Assembly (NCBI RefSeq): GCF_009914755.1
Contig: NC_060926.1
Length of the DNA stretch: 64,000 bases
From: the human T2T-CHM13v2.0 reference genome, Homo sapiens
Strand: one strand, 5' to 3'
Shown: piece by piece, positions 50,085-63,183 of the stretch
Layout of the letters: every line of letters begins with the position of its first letter
How positions within the stretch are numbered: position 1 is the first letter of the stretch
The notes under the pieces: generated by a model
The model's input: the letters and a program-made list of their open reading frames with translations, nothing else
What the model was told of the DNA's origin: nothing
Databases searched by the model: none
Translations under genes and position numbers: made by a program

Positions 50085-51075
50085 TAGTAGATAAACAGCC
50101 ATGACGATGGATCCTGATGATTCTTGATTTCTGGTTTTTACAACCTTGTGTACTTTCCTCCTCATATGGTTTGGCTGTGTCCCCGCTCAAATCTCATCTT
50201 GAATTCCCACATATTGTGGGAGGGACCTGGTAGGAGGTAATTGCATCATGGGGGCAGGTCTTTCCCGTGCTGTTCTCATAATAGTGAGCAAGTCTCACAA
50301 TATCTGATGGTTATAGAAAGGGGAGTTTCCCTGAACAAGTGCTCCTTTTTTGGCCTGCCGCCATACACGTAAGATGTGACTTGCTCTCCTTGCCTTCTGC
50401 GGTGACTGTGAGGCCTCCCCAGCTGCATGGAACTGTAAGTCCAATTAAACCTCTTTCTTTTGTAAATTGCCCAGTCTCAGGTATGTCTTTATCAGCAGCA
50501 TGAAAACTAACAACAATACAGTAATACAGTAAATTGGCATCAGTAGAGTTAGGTGCTGCTGAAAAGATGCCTGAAAATGTGGCAGTGACTTTGGAACAGT
50601 TTGGAGGGCTCAGAAGAAGACAGGCATGCAAAAAGATTAATACACCTCCCATATTGAATCATGGCCTATCTGCATGACCAAGTGAATATTGAGGAAGTGA
50701 TAGTGTGTGATTTTTCAGGTTTTGCCTATTTTTTATAATTTATTTTGACTAACTTAAGTTAGCCACTTGCCATGTAAACAATCCAGCAGCTCCCTGGAGA
50801 GGTCTGTGGTGAGAAACTGACATCTCCTGACAAACGCAGGAAGGAACTTGCCAGTCATATGAGAGAGCCCCTTTGGAAGTAGATTCCTCCAGCCCCTGTC
50901 AAGCCTTCAAATGACTGCAGACCCAATTGACATCTGACTGAAATTGATGAGAGCCCTCAAGCCAGAACCACACAACCAAGTTCCTCCCTAATTTCTGACC
51001 CACAGGGAATGTAAGAGATAATGTATGTTTATTGTCATATTATGCCACAAAATTTTGGAACAACAATAGAAACAA
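50085..51075 (+). mobile_element. MLT1F-like MaLR LTR split by THE1A
   Basis: ttggaagtagattcctccagcccctgtcaagccttcaaatgactgcag...agccagaaccac...tctgacccacag. Confidence 0.75.
50162..50644 (+). mobile_element. THE1A provirus, internally deleted (5'LTR 50162-50520, ~100 bp of int, last ~20 bp of 3'LTR)
   Basis: THE1A-type LTR, int start (gtaaattgg...gagggctcagaagaagacagg), then LTR end catgcaaaaagattaataca; perfect TSD cctcc (50157-50161 / 50645-50649). Confidence 0.85.
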
Positions 51076-53424
51076 TTTCTATTGTTGTTATACAAGAATA
51101 GAAAATGAATGCAGCATTCATGTAAATATTGTGGTTGTATATTATGATTACAAGGAAAAAATGGAATAAAAAGAATTAACCAGTTTCTAAAATCTTTGAA
51201 AAATATTACATCTTGCATAGATTATTATGGAAAACCAGGAAAGGGAAGGGGGAGGGAAGGGTATTCAAGTTAATTTTATAAAGTGGGTGATGAGAATTCT
51301 TTAGATTTCTGTTTTCTTACCCTTGGTTAAATGCAGTTGACAAAATCTACAAACTAAAGCAATCTTATAGTCAGTTTTGGCTGAGCAGATCAAGACAATT
51401 ATATTTACTTTTTTTTTTTAAAGAATAGTTACTGACAATAAACAAATTTGTTGTTCCCTTCATTTCCTCTCATAAGCAAAGGCAAGATGATACCAAATAT
51501 TGCAATGTATTAAGTACTTATAGTAAGCTCTTCCAGATCAGGGTAGTTTAATCTGTGCTATGAAAAGGATATATTTTTCAGGCTGGAGTAAAAGAGAATA
51601 TTAGAGAAAACGCAGCAGCATTTTTTTCTAATCTGCACTTTTGCCTCTAAGACCAGCTTCCTGCAAAAGTATTTGGGAATTAGAGTGTAACATCCTGGAG
51701 AGGGAAAGAGGTAGAGTGGAGATGGTGGAATGGAAGCCACTGACCGTGCCATGCCTCTTCACTGGGATGTACCTAACAGTGAACACTTACTTTACCTCCT
51801 GTGCTTTATTTAATTTTTTAAGTGTTCCTTTAATTTTTAACAATGTAAGATATATCGTGATTTGACTTCATGTTTAAGCCCCTTTATCTTTTTTAGCCAG
51901 TTGGGTTTAATAAAACGCCCCTTTATTCTTGCACAGTAAGCATTCTTCACAGACTTCTGAAGATAACTCTGAACATCAAAATCAATATGATGGAAAGCTT
52001 GGTAAATTAATACTCCCAAAATTCTAAACCTTAATTAAAATAACCACTATGTAAATTAAAAATGGAGGTGAAGGGCAAACAAGAGTTTTTATGCATACTT
52101 GTTTTTGTAAATTCTAAAATAAATTCTGATAGTCGTTGCCTTCCAAAAATGAACACCTATTGAAAAGTTGAAACTCAAAGTGTTTATATGTTCTAAAATT
52201 GTAGCACTGAGAAAAAGAAGGTGAGAAATTAGTTTCATAAACAATGTAATGACATTATAAGGGATGAGGTGAAAGGAATGACACTGATCCTTGTAATTAA
52301 TATTTATGATACGGTTATATTTGTTGTCAATATGGGAATAATGAATTAATCTTGAAAACCTTAACCATATGGATATGAGAAATAGGAAATCTCTTGGGCA
52401 TTTATGAAGGAGACCTTGCTAGAATTGATAGAATATTGTTATTTCATTATTATGTCAGATAAATATTTATGAGGATAAGCAAGCATTAAACATGTGAATT
52501 TAACAATGGAATTTTGAAAAGTGTGTCTACCAAACAAAGTTTAAAACCAAAAAGACAGGCAAAATTCTGTGATTGTCACAGGAACAAAATACATATTTAA
52601 ACAATTTTTGTTCACAAGAAAATATTTCAAAGTTTTGAAGATGTGATCTTTTTTTAGGATGCTCAACAGGAAGTTAACATGTATTTCACAGATGCCTCTT
52701 GAAAATATCCTTTATATACAATATGAGGAAACAGAGATATAGATATGAATTTGATTATCTGCTGTCCCCAAGGCACCTGTAATCCAGTTAGAGGTAGGCA
52801 TGAAAATAATTAAGGATAAAACCGAATGGAATAAGAGATACATAAAGGAAAAAGCGAAATGCTACAGAATGCAGGAATAGCATACATCAATAGTCAAGTG
52901 AAATCGCATAGAAAAATAGACATTTGAACCTAAATTACAGAAAACAGAAAATAATTGTTGCTGTTTTGTGAATTGCTTCTTTTATAGTCTATACTTGAAA
53001 GCAGGCTTCTCCATTCCTGTCTCATGTCCAACTCCATCTTAGCACCATCAGTGTGTGAAATTATCTCAACCCTGACACTGAAATTCTCATCTTATTTAAT
53101 AATTTGAGTCTTTTTATTCATGCTTGCTTTACTATGAATGAAATTTTGTATTCCCTAGACCTTCCTTCCTACTCCTTTTATTCAAGCCTGAGATTACACT
53201 TATTTCTATGAAGAAAAGTACTCTTTATTCACTTATCTTTTTCAAAGCAAATAGCAGCTTTATATAGTAGTATACCTTTCCCACTTAATCCTGATGAGAA
53301 AAACTGTAGTTTCTGTTGAGAGAGAGATCTAGATTTCCTAAAGGAAGATGAATTTATGGATTCATGAACAGAACGGACTAGTTGAGATAGGAGTTTCAGT
53401 GCTTTAAAATGTATTAAGCTACCA

Positions 53425-53552
53425 AAAGTGGCCTACAGATTCAATGCAAGCCCTATCAAAGTCCCAGTGCCATTTTTTTTTCAGAAATAGGAGAAAACAA
53501 TTCTAAAACTCATATGGAACTGCAAAGGACCCTAAATAGCAATAATAATCTT
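53425..53552 (+). mobile_element. L1M ORF2 fragment
   Basis: ctacagattcaatgcaa.ccctatcaaa.tccca...ctcatatggaac. Confidence 0.75.
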
Positions 53553-53619
53553 ATGTTCTCTGCCTCAGTTTCCTATGTTGATGTTTATGCAGGGGACGTA
53601 CACCTTACATAATTCAGGG

Positions 53620-54260
53620 AAAGTATGAGAGCTGACTTAACATTCTTGTTTGCCAACTGTAACAGCTGGGTCATCTGGATTGGTCTCAGTTTCTTATCTT
53701 TTATTTTGAGAGGTTCATGTTTTCCTTTTACTTCACATATCAGATAATTTTGGATTGTATCCTGGAAATCAAAAATGTAGATTCTGTTATTTTTCTGTTG
53801 TGAGTATGCTGCTTTTGTTTTATAAATAATTGGCTTGGTTGGACCCAGACTACAAACTATTTCTTGGGTGGCAAACACAGTTCAATCTTTTGTCTTTAAC
53901 TGAGCAGCTGGGTCTGCTCCATATGTGCCTTGATCTGACATCAGTCAGGAATGTGAAAGACAGAATTTGGGGAATCCCTCTCTGGCTAATTTACTTCTGA
54001 AATCCCCCATCTCTTTCAAAACTTCCATAACTTCCCTGAAGAACACATTCTTCATGAGGAAACCCCATGGTTCCGTGAGTGGTAACTTATTCTGTCTCCC
54101 AAATGGAAGAGACAAAAACAGACAACTTAGTCCTGAAAGTATTTCTGCTCACAAGAGGACTCTGTGTCAGATTATAACTGCTTCTCTTTATTATTCAGGT
54201 AGCTGCTTTCTGTATTTCAAGATCTGCAGAGGGGTCATTTTAGTAGACTCTTAGTCATTC
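53620..54260 (-). mobile_element. Old L1M 5'/ORF1-region fragment
   Basis: ctgggtcatctggattgg...ttttccttttacttcaca...taattttggattgtatcctgga. Confidence 0.5.
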
Positions 54261-54671
54261 TCTGAGGACATTTAAAAACCCTTCTGAACTTAAATTGATA
54301 TCTTTTTTTTTGGTCTTGCTCTGTAGGAGCAATGATGCCTGTCAAAACAGATCTGTTAATATTTTGTCAGGAAAATATGTCCTTAGGGAAAGACACATTT
54401 TTCTATTTCAGGTGTTGGAAAAGACTTCATATGTATTTAATATTTTAGTAAATGTGAAATGAAGCCTGCTATTTATTAGATATTTTTTCTAAGTCCATGC
54501 AGATATGATTGGGATGGTATAGAGAAAGAAAAGTAAATTACATGCACATTTTGTTTTCAAATAGTTTTCAGTTTAATACAACAGGGAAGAAATATGCTTT
54601 GATATAGATGATAAGTAGGTAGGTAGGTATATAGATAGATAGATTTAAGTGTAAAAAGAATAGTTCAGATG

Positions 54672-54795
54672 AGCTGAGCTCAGTGACACATGCCTGTGGT
54701 CCCAGCTACTCAGGAAGCTGAGGCAGAAGAATCATTTGGGCCTAGGAGTTTGAGGCTAGCCTGAGCAACATAGCAAGACCCTGTCTCACACAAAC
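54672..54795 (+). mobile_element. FLAM (free left Alu monomer)
   Basis: Single monomer ending gcaagaccctgtctc; perfect TSD agaatagttcagatg (54657-54671 / 54796-54810). Confidence 0.9.
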
Positions 54796-54836
54796 AGAAT
54801 AGTTCAGATGAAGTGTTGTAGGAAAGCAGAGAAGAA

Positions 54837-55342
54837 TGTGATAAGCAGAATAGAATCACCTCTTCCTGTGTCAAGATGCCTATTCTCTAATCACTGGAAT
54901 CTGTGAATATATTACCTTAAAGGACATAAGGGATATATATATATCCCTTATAATATATATGTATATATATATCATATATATATGATATATATATCATATA
55001 TATGATATATATGATATATATATCATATATATGATATATATGATATATATATCATATATATGATATATATGATATATAGTGTATATATGTGTATATATTA
55101 TACATATATATGTATATGTATTGTGTATATATGTGTATATATATGATATATATATGTATATATACTCAGATATATTAAGATTATAGATCTCAAAATGGGA
55201 AGATTTCACTGGATTTTACATGACCCCAATGCCCACTGTAATTACAAAATCCTTACATGCACAGAACTTTTCTTGGTTGCAATCAGAGAGACATTTAAAG
55301 GCAGAAGAAGGGTCAAAGAGATGCAACATTGCTAGCTCTGAA
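54837..55342 (+). mobile_element. MLT1D/E-like MaLR LTR fragment containing a microsatellite expansion
   Basis: ctggaatctgtgaatatattacctta...ttaagatta.agatct.aaaatgggaagatt. Confidence 0.7.
54934..55165. repeat. (TA)n / (TATATATGA)n repeat
   Basis: Direct observation. Confidence 0.95.
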
Positions 55343-56063
55343 TATCACTCTGAGATATTAACAATTGAGCTGAGGTTTGAAGGAGGCAATTTGAGAAGGA
55401 AATAGCATTGCAGGCAGAAAGAGGATGTACAAACACTCTGATGTGGAAGAGTACATTGAGCTTTCCAATAAATTAAATTCCAGGAAAACTAGAGATCTGA
55501 AAACAAAATTGTGAGAATTACTATGGAAGAAGGCAAGGGTCTAGCATACAAATGCTTTTGTCTACATTAAAAATTATGTCCCTTATTCTTAGAATAATGA
55601 GGAGTTTTATTTTTCAAGATATGAGCAGTCAAAACTGGAGGATAGGGTCAGTTCAGGAATGACCCTCATATTCAGACTAGAAACACTGGGTCCAAAGGAA
55701 AAGACTGGCTTCTTATGGGCCACCATAATGTTCTTTTTATTAAAACTGTTCCTCTAGTTATCTTTATTCAGAGATAAAGACAGGCTGCAGTAGTCAAAAC
55801 TATATTTTTATTATGGATGGATTTCTTTATGTACAATGAAAGAAACAGACTGGAAGAAAAAACCCTAGAATCTAGGAGAGCAATCAGGATGAGGTTGCAC
55901 TAATAGAAGAGAAAAACTGAAATAATGGAAGTGAACATAGAGAAAAGTGGATAAATTTTAAGAAGATATTTAGCAGACAAAACCATAGGACAGTCCATTT
56001 GATTGGATAAGGTGCATTACAAAAATATGAAAGGGTTATTTGCAGGTAAAAATACAGTTCAGA

Positions 56064-56293
56064 GGCTGGGCGCAGTGGCTCATGCCTGTCATCCCAGCAC
56101 TTCAGGAAGCCAAGGCAGGTGGATCGTCTGAGCTCAGGAGTTCGAGACCAGCCTGGCCAATATGGTGGAACCCCTTCTCTACTAAATATGCAAAAATTAG
56201 CCGGGTGTGGTGGCTGACACCTATAATCCCAGCTACTCGGGAGGCTGAGGCAGGAGACACTCTTCAACCCTGGAGGCCGAGGTTACGATGAGC
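56064..56293 (+). mobile_element. AluS lacking its 3' ~50 nt and poly(A)
   Basis: Intact left arm and linker; right arm stops at gaggttacgatgagc. Confidence 0.9.
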
Positions 56294-57389
56294 AAACTTA
56301 ACAAGGATAAGGAGAGGGATTACAATTATTAAGTGTTGGATGTTCACATCCACAGAGTCACTGAGACATTTAAAAGTAGATAAGGTTTACAAATCTAGAA
56401 ACAATCCAAGAATGTACTATCTCACTTGATTATAGATGATCCTTATACAATGTGATACTCTTAAAACAGAAATGCTTACAGTATACCAATAGAAGCCATG
56501 TTTCTCAGAGTAATGGCAAAAACCAAAGGGTAGGGTGGAAGTTCCACAACTGTCTGAAACCCAAGCCTAGGCTTCTGCACACTGCAGGAAATTTTTGACC
56601 CTATTACTACTTGCCAATTAGTGAGTGATTTGGCAAAAGCAAAGTGCAAAGAACTCAGAACTGTAACTTCTTTAAGTGCAACTCAGAACTGTAACTTCCT
56701 TAACTATAAAAGTGACCTTTTGCCTCAAGTCAGGAGTAAATTGTGACAGGAAGATGCCTGGCTATCAACCTCCAGACAGTTGTTTTCTAGCCTGGACTGA
56801 CCCAGCTTCACCAGAGCCAGGCCCAGACTGAAATCAATTACAGATACTGTTATGAGAGAGGCACTCAGAGAGTTTCAAGTCCTGAAGAAAAGAAGGCTAA
56901 AGATGAGCTGGTACTTAGTGCAAGTGACAGGGCTGAGATGTTTCTTTAAAAGGGGAAAGTGGCAGATATTAAGAAGCCAGGGAGCTTCAAGCATCAAAGA
57001 AAAGAGTGGTTAATAAGAGAGCAGAGGTCTTGAGACAAGGAGCAAATGGCATCTGAGAAAAATTGACAGTACTCATTTTAAGAGACAGAAAGATTTCTCA
57101 ATTGCTAGTGGAGAGGTAGGGATGGGACCAAACAGGCAGAAATGGCACAGCTCAGAGGAGGGGTTGCAGGTGGAAAACACTAGGAGGAAAATTCCACTCG
57201 CTCCCGTTTGACAGGCACAGTGTAATGTAAAAATATCCCAGGCTAGAGGACAGCTGCTACCTCTGGTTCAGGGTTAGAGAAAAATGCCTCTATTAAGGAT
57301 CTTTAGTAGAGTATGCCTTTGCCAAATGTGTGGAGATTCCAGAATTGATATGCATGATCCATGCTGAGATTTTAAAAACAGATCCACGT

Positions 57390-57439
57390 ATGTATTCATT
57401 TGTTTAGGTATTAATGTATTCATTTGTTTAGGTATTAAT
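57390..57439. repeat. Perfect 24-bp tandem duplication
   Basis: atgtattcatttgtttaggtatta x2. Confidence 0.95.
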
Positions 57440-57729
57440 CCATTCATTCATAAACATATGCTGTGACACTGTTATGGAAGACAGACAAATACTGTACATC
57501 TCAGTAAGAATAGATACGCTGTTGAGGGAACACATATGAGTTGTAGCCTAGGGGGTGGGTGTCAGAAAATGTTTAGAGGAGGAAATTTGCCTGAACTGAA
57601 GGTTAAGAAATGTACAGAAGTGAGAGAAACAACAGCAAATGCCAAGACCCAGACAGGTGAAAAGAACAATTGACTAAGCTACCTACATAAAGTAACATTC
57701 TGGTGACTATTTCCGAAAAGCAGTATTTC

Positions 57730-57930
57730 AGTAGTGGAACTTCAACAGTGTATATAGTCAGATGAACATGAATTTCAACTCTTGTCCTACCACTTACAAG
57801 CTTGTTAACTTTGGTCTTATTAGATAAAATAATTGAGTCAATTCTCTTATCTCTAAATAAGAATGTTCACATTTTCCTCACTAGGTTGTACGAGGAAAAT
57901 GAGATTTTGTATATCTAGACTCTTGGACGC
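57730..57930 (+). mobile_element. MIR
   Basis: tagtcagatgaac.tgaattt...ctaccacttac.agct...ttatctctaaa...aggttgtacgagga. Confidence 0.65.
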
Positions 57931-58939
57931 TACTTGTGGATAACCACTGTGATCCTAGCCATCAATGTATGGCTTTGATGATGATAGAAGACGCTTAGGG
58001 AGTATTTCCCATAAGCCCACTCTTTGCTTCCAAATGACAAGGGTGGAAATTGACGGCTGCAGCTTTCAGTGCTGCCCTCTGTACAAGGACGTGAGTTGGA
58101 TTGATTGAAAACAGGAGAATCTGGCTAAGTGAAATGCAGATCACGATTCCAGTGACTATCATAAAGGAGCAAAAGGTGTCCAGAGGAACAGTAGGATTAA
58201 GATATTGGGATGAAGGGCTAAAAGAACAAAGGGGATTGTTATGGCAATGTGGTTTTGACTACCGCGTGTTGGAGTAGTTGTCAGATTAAGTAACTTTGTG
58301 GTATTTAGAAAAAAACGGGGAGATATTTAACATAGGGTGTGGAAATGAGGACTCAGTATTTTGACTTTGGAAATTTGTTTTTGTTTCCATTGAACCTATC
58401 TGGCACAAAGGACCCTAGCATTCAGTTGATGGAAGAAATAAAAGTCCCCTCCGTTTTATATAATTACAACTTAAAAGTATTTCCCAAGTACGAGGACAGG
58501 TTGGAGCCACAATTCCACAGAAAGCTTTTACTAAAGGAGCTGTGGCACTTAATACTTGTAGAGGTAGCTCCTGAGAAACAGTGCCTTGTACAGCTTGAGG
58601 AACTGTGCCTTGTACAGGATCTTAGGTCCTCACAAAGAATTTATGGCAGTGGCCTCTGAGGAACACCAAGCTAAACCTGTGAGGGCCCTAGAGTCCACTT
58701 AGTGTCTGGGGTAGGAGGACAGGCTCTTCAGGGATGGAACAGGTGAGTGGCAGGCTGATTGGGATACAATCCGTGCACTCCAAATTAGGGAGCTTTGAGT
58801 GAGAGGGAATCTACTACCAAGGCCCACAGATATCCCTCCCATTAGTGAGGAAAATAGAAATCCTCCTGAAACATAGGTCCTTTTATAATTTACCGGAGGC
58901 ATTGCCTCCAGGTATTGTTTCCACTTCCCTACTCCCATT

Positions 58940-59680
58940 CTTTCTCAATATCCTGTAATTGGACTTCTATTCCGTCACTGAAATGTTTGCTGGCAAGGTC
59001 ACTCATCATTCCAGCTCTCCAAATTCAATGATAGCTTCTCCGTTCTCATAAAGATCTTGCAGCATTCAAACTGAAGACCAATTTCTTCTGGATTTTATTT
59101 TATTTTCCCAGCTTGTATGATGCTACCATTTTTTAATTGTATTATAATCTTTTCAAGCTGTTCCATCCAGTCTCCAAGAATTCAGTAGAGGAACAATCCC
59201 TTCCCCTTCTCTTATTATATGTACTCTCGCTAGGTCAGTTAATTAAGACCTGTGACACAAATTATATCTCAAGCCTTAAACTTTCCCTTTTCTCCAGTTG
59301 ACTTGTCACACTGCGTATCTAGGTGTTTCAGAACCTCTCAGTTAACATGTCTAAACCAGAGCTCTCAATTCTCTCCACCTGAAATGTGTTCCTTCTCCAG
59401 CCTTGCCAGTGGCACCAGCACGCTTCCCTTTGCTCAAGCCCCAGACTTTTGATGATTGTTCTTTCACTAATATTCCATAGCCATTCTATTTTGAAATATT
59501 ATTTTCTTCATCTCGACAATATGGCAAAAACCCCATAGTCTCACTCTATCTTAGTTGATATAATAATGTCATTTTCCCTCATTCCAGTGACTTCCTAACA
59601 GCACTCAAAATAAAATTACTGTTCTTTGTCATGCTTCCAAACCCATTCCAAACCATACCATTTTCCTCCTTAGTCACTCT
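58940..59680 (+). mobile_element. L2
   Basis: cactgaaa...gcaaggtcact; ttaacatgtctaaaccagagctc; ttgctcaagcc. Confidence 0.7.
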
Positions 59681-60711
59681 AGAAAAGTATTTCCGTCTAT
59701 TTGCCAACCAAACCTCTAGTGATTTTTCAAGTTTTTATTAAAATGTCCCTCACTGGGACATCGTTCTTGGACACATAAGTTTTGTTAATTTTTATTGCTG
59801 ACTAATATGATAGAGTTAGAGTATACCACAGTTTGTTTCTTCATCCATTACATACTAGAAGTTTGGGTTGATTCAAATTTTTCACTTTTATGAAAAAAAG
59901 TTCATATGCAAATTCAAATACATGTCTTTATGAATATATATCTCTTTAATTCTTTTGGCAAAAACCTAGAAGTAATATTTCTGGGATGTACAGTGATGAT
60001 ATACTTAACTTCTCAAAATGGCTCAACTGTTTTTCAAAGGGATGGTACCATTCCTGCATGATGGTTTCAGTTGCTACTTATTCTTGTCAGCACTTGAAAT
60101 TGGCAGTCTTTAATTATAGCAATTCCTGTGGGTGTGTATTGGTATGTTATTTTGGTTTTAATTTATGTATAACGATGAATAATATTAAGCATCTATTTTA
60201 TGTGAATATTTTCATTTATATATTTTCTTTGGTGAAATAAATGTTCAAGTATTTTGCTCCTTCTATCATTTATTTATTTAGTTAGTTTTTACTGCTTGAT
60301 TTTAAATTGCTAAAGTCCTTCAAATAATCTAGTTATAAGCCTTTGTCAGATAAATATTTTGAAAATATTTTCTCCATGTTTGCTGTTTTCCTTTTAATTT
60401 TTTAGTATTGATTTCGATGATTTAAAAAAAAATTTGGTAAAGTTCAATGTGCCTAATTGTTTCTTTTATACTTTATCATATTTGTGTATTTTAGCAAACT
60501 ATTGCTGAACACAATGTCACAAAGCTTTACTCCTAGATTTTCTTCTAGAAATGCTTTGGTCTTAGCTCTTAGATTTAAACCTTTGAAATATTAGAGTATT
60601 AGAACATATCTTAAAATCAAATAATACAAATCCTCACTGTTCTTTTTTAAAGATTGTTTCTGCTATTTTAGATATGTTTTTATTATATTTAAGTTTGAAA
60701 CCAGCTTGCAA

Positions 60712-61019
60712 TTTTTTTATTATTTATTTATTTTTTGAGATGAAGTCTCCCTCTGTCGCCCAGGCTGGAGCGCAGTGGTGCAATCTCAGCTCACTGCAAC
60801 CCCTCCTTCCCGGGTTCAAGAGATTCTCATGCCTCAGCGTCCCTAGGTAGCTGGGATTACAGTTGCCCGCCACCCTGCCCACCTAACTTTTGTATTTTTA
60901 GTAGAGATGGGGTTTCACCACGTTGGCCAGGCTGGTTTCGAACTTCTGACCTCAGGTGATCTGCCTGCCTCGGCCTCCCAAAGTGCTGGGATTACAGGCG
61001 TGAGCCACTGTGCCCGTCC
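60712..61019 (-). mobile_element. AluSx-like
   Basis: Full dimer; TSD ccagcttgc(t)aattttt. Confidence 0.95.
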
Positions 61020-61230
61020 GCCAGCTTGCTAATTTTTTAAAGAAAGGTTGCTTAAGTTTCCTGGGATTGGGGGAAGATTGCATCAAATCTATAGATACAT
61101 TTGGAAAGAATACTATATTATCAATATTTAGTCCTGCAATTCAACAAGACGTAACTCTCAATTTATTTTGAACTCTTTAATTTTCCTTTGCAATATTTTG
61201 GACTTTTAAGTGAAAAGTCTTGTATATATA

Positions 61231-61342
61231 TTTTTTAATTTGACAAGTAATACTGCATATATTCAAGGTGTACAATTTGTTTTGATATTTATATACATTG
61301 GAAAATGATTTTCATTGTCAAACTAATTAGCACATCCATTAC
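61231..61342 (-). mobile_element. L1MA8/9 extreme 3' end fragment
   Basis: ttgacaagtaa...tatattcaaggtgtacaa...ttttgatat...tcaaactaattagcacatcc. Confidence 0.65.
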
Positions 61343-61662
61343 ATTTGCACATCTATTTTTAAAGTGTTTCTTAAGTGTTTTAAATGCTATTTTAATTTTT
61401 CTAAAGTTTATTTTTCCAATTGTTCATTTTAGATATAGAATGTCAATTTAATATTGATTTTTAATATGCAATTAGTAAATATTCTATAGATTCCTTTTGT
61501 TGCTATTCATACACAATCATATCTTATGCAAGGAAATATGGTTTCATTTATTTCTTTCGAATGTTTATGCATTATACTTCTTTTTCTTGTTTTATTGCAA
61601 GAGTTAGAAGCTCCAATACAATTTTTTCTTTGCTTTTAAGTTCTTAAAAATTTGTTGCATAT

Positions 61663-62373
61663 TTTCTTCTTTTTTTAATTTTTTAATATTTTATTTTTAT
61701 TATACTTTAAGTTTTAGGGTACATGTGCACAATGTGCAGGTTAGTTACATATGTATACATGTGGCATGCTCGTGTGCTGCACCCATTAACTCGTCATTTA
61801 GCATTAGGTATATCTCCTAATGCTATCCCTCCCCCCTCCCCCCACCCCACAACAGTCCCCAGAGTGTGATGTTCCCCTTCCTGTGTCCATGTGTTCTCAT
61901 CGTTCAATTCCCACCTATGAGTGAGAACATGTGGTGTTTGGTTTTTTGTCCTTGTGATAGTTTACTGAGAATGATGATTTCCAATTTCATCCATGTCCCT
62001 ACAAAGGATATGAACTCATCATTTTTTATGGCTGCATAGTATTCCATGGTGTATATGTGCCACATTTTCTTAACCCAGTCCATCATTGTTGGACATTTGG
62101 GTTGGTTCCAAGTCTTTGCTATTGTGAATAGTGCTGCAATAAACATACGTGTGCATGTGTCTTTATAGCAGCATGATTTATAGTCCTTTGGGTATATACC
62201 CAGTAATGGGATGGATGGGTCAAATGGTATTTCTAGTTCTAGATCCCCGAGGAATCACCACACTGACTTCCACAATGGTTTAACTAATTTACAGTCCCAC
62301 CAACAGTGTAAAAGTGTTCCTATTTCTCCACATCCTCTCCAGCACCTGTTGTTTCCTGACTTTTTAATGATCG
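61663..62373 (-). mobile_element. L1PA3-like 3' end (youngest element recognised)
   Basis: aggttagttacatatg; cccattaactcgtcatttagc; acaacagtccccagagtgtg; tttactgagaatgatgatttccaa. TSD tacaat (61617-61622 / 62374-62379). Confidence 0.9.
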
Positions 62374-62801
62374 TACAATGTTAAATAGAAGCACTGATAG
62401 TGGACATCATGGTTCTCCAATCTCAGGGAGAAATCATTCAGCCTTTAAAAAAATAAGTGTATTAATGTAGATGTTTGCCCTTTATCAGGACAAGAAGTAT
62501 CTATCCTATCCCTAGTTTGTTGATAGTATTTATTTTCTTTTTTTAAGCCTAAATGGGTGATAGATTTTTTTCAAAGATTTTCTACACTTACGGAAATGAT
62601 CATCCACTTTTGCTTCTTTATTCTCTTAATATCGCAAACTGCATTAATTGGCTTTTAAATGTTTAACTTTCTTTCCCAGAATCCATCTCAATTTGATTTT
62701 CTAGCCATGATTTTAATGGTTATCGTAAAGATTACAATGTTATTAATTTTCCACTACCTCCTTAGAATTAGTATTATACTGATTCATTTAGGTTTGTATT
62801 T

Positions 62802-63183
62802 TATAATGGTTAATACTGAGTGTCAACTTGATTGAATTGAAGGATACAAAGTACTGATCCTGGGTGTGTCTGTGAGGGTGTTGCCAGAGGAGATTAACAT
62901 TTGAGTCAGTGGACTAGGAAAGGCAGACCCACACTTAATCTGGGTGAGCACCATCTAATCAGCTGCCAGCAGGGCTAGAATATAAGCAGGCAGAAAAATA
63001 TGAAAAGAGAGACTGCCTAGCCTCCCAGCCAACATCTTTCTCCCGTGCTGGTTGCTTCCTGCCCTCGAATATCAGACTCCAGGTTCTTCAGATTTTGGAA
63101 CTTGGACTGGCTCTCCTTGCTCCTCAGCCTACAGAAGGCCTATTGTGGAACCTTTTGATCATACTAGTTAATACTTAATAAAC
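62802..63183 (+). mobile_element. MLT2A1/2 (HERVL LTR), 3'-truncated
   Basis: atggttaatactgagtgtcaacttgattg...gggtgtgtctgtgagggtgttgcca...ggcctattgtgg...taatacttaataaac. Confidence 0.9.

Noticed and set aside
56642-56703. ~28-bp imperfect tandem duplication
   Set aside because: Ordinary slippage duplication with no further structure.
58339-58750. 106-aa ORF, ~24-bp duplication (58573-58620) and strong donor CAG|GTGAGT near 58742
   Set aside because: Non-ATG start, no recognisable protein similarity and no convincing acceptor or partner exon.
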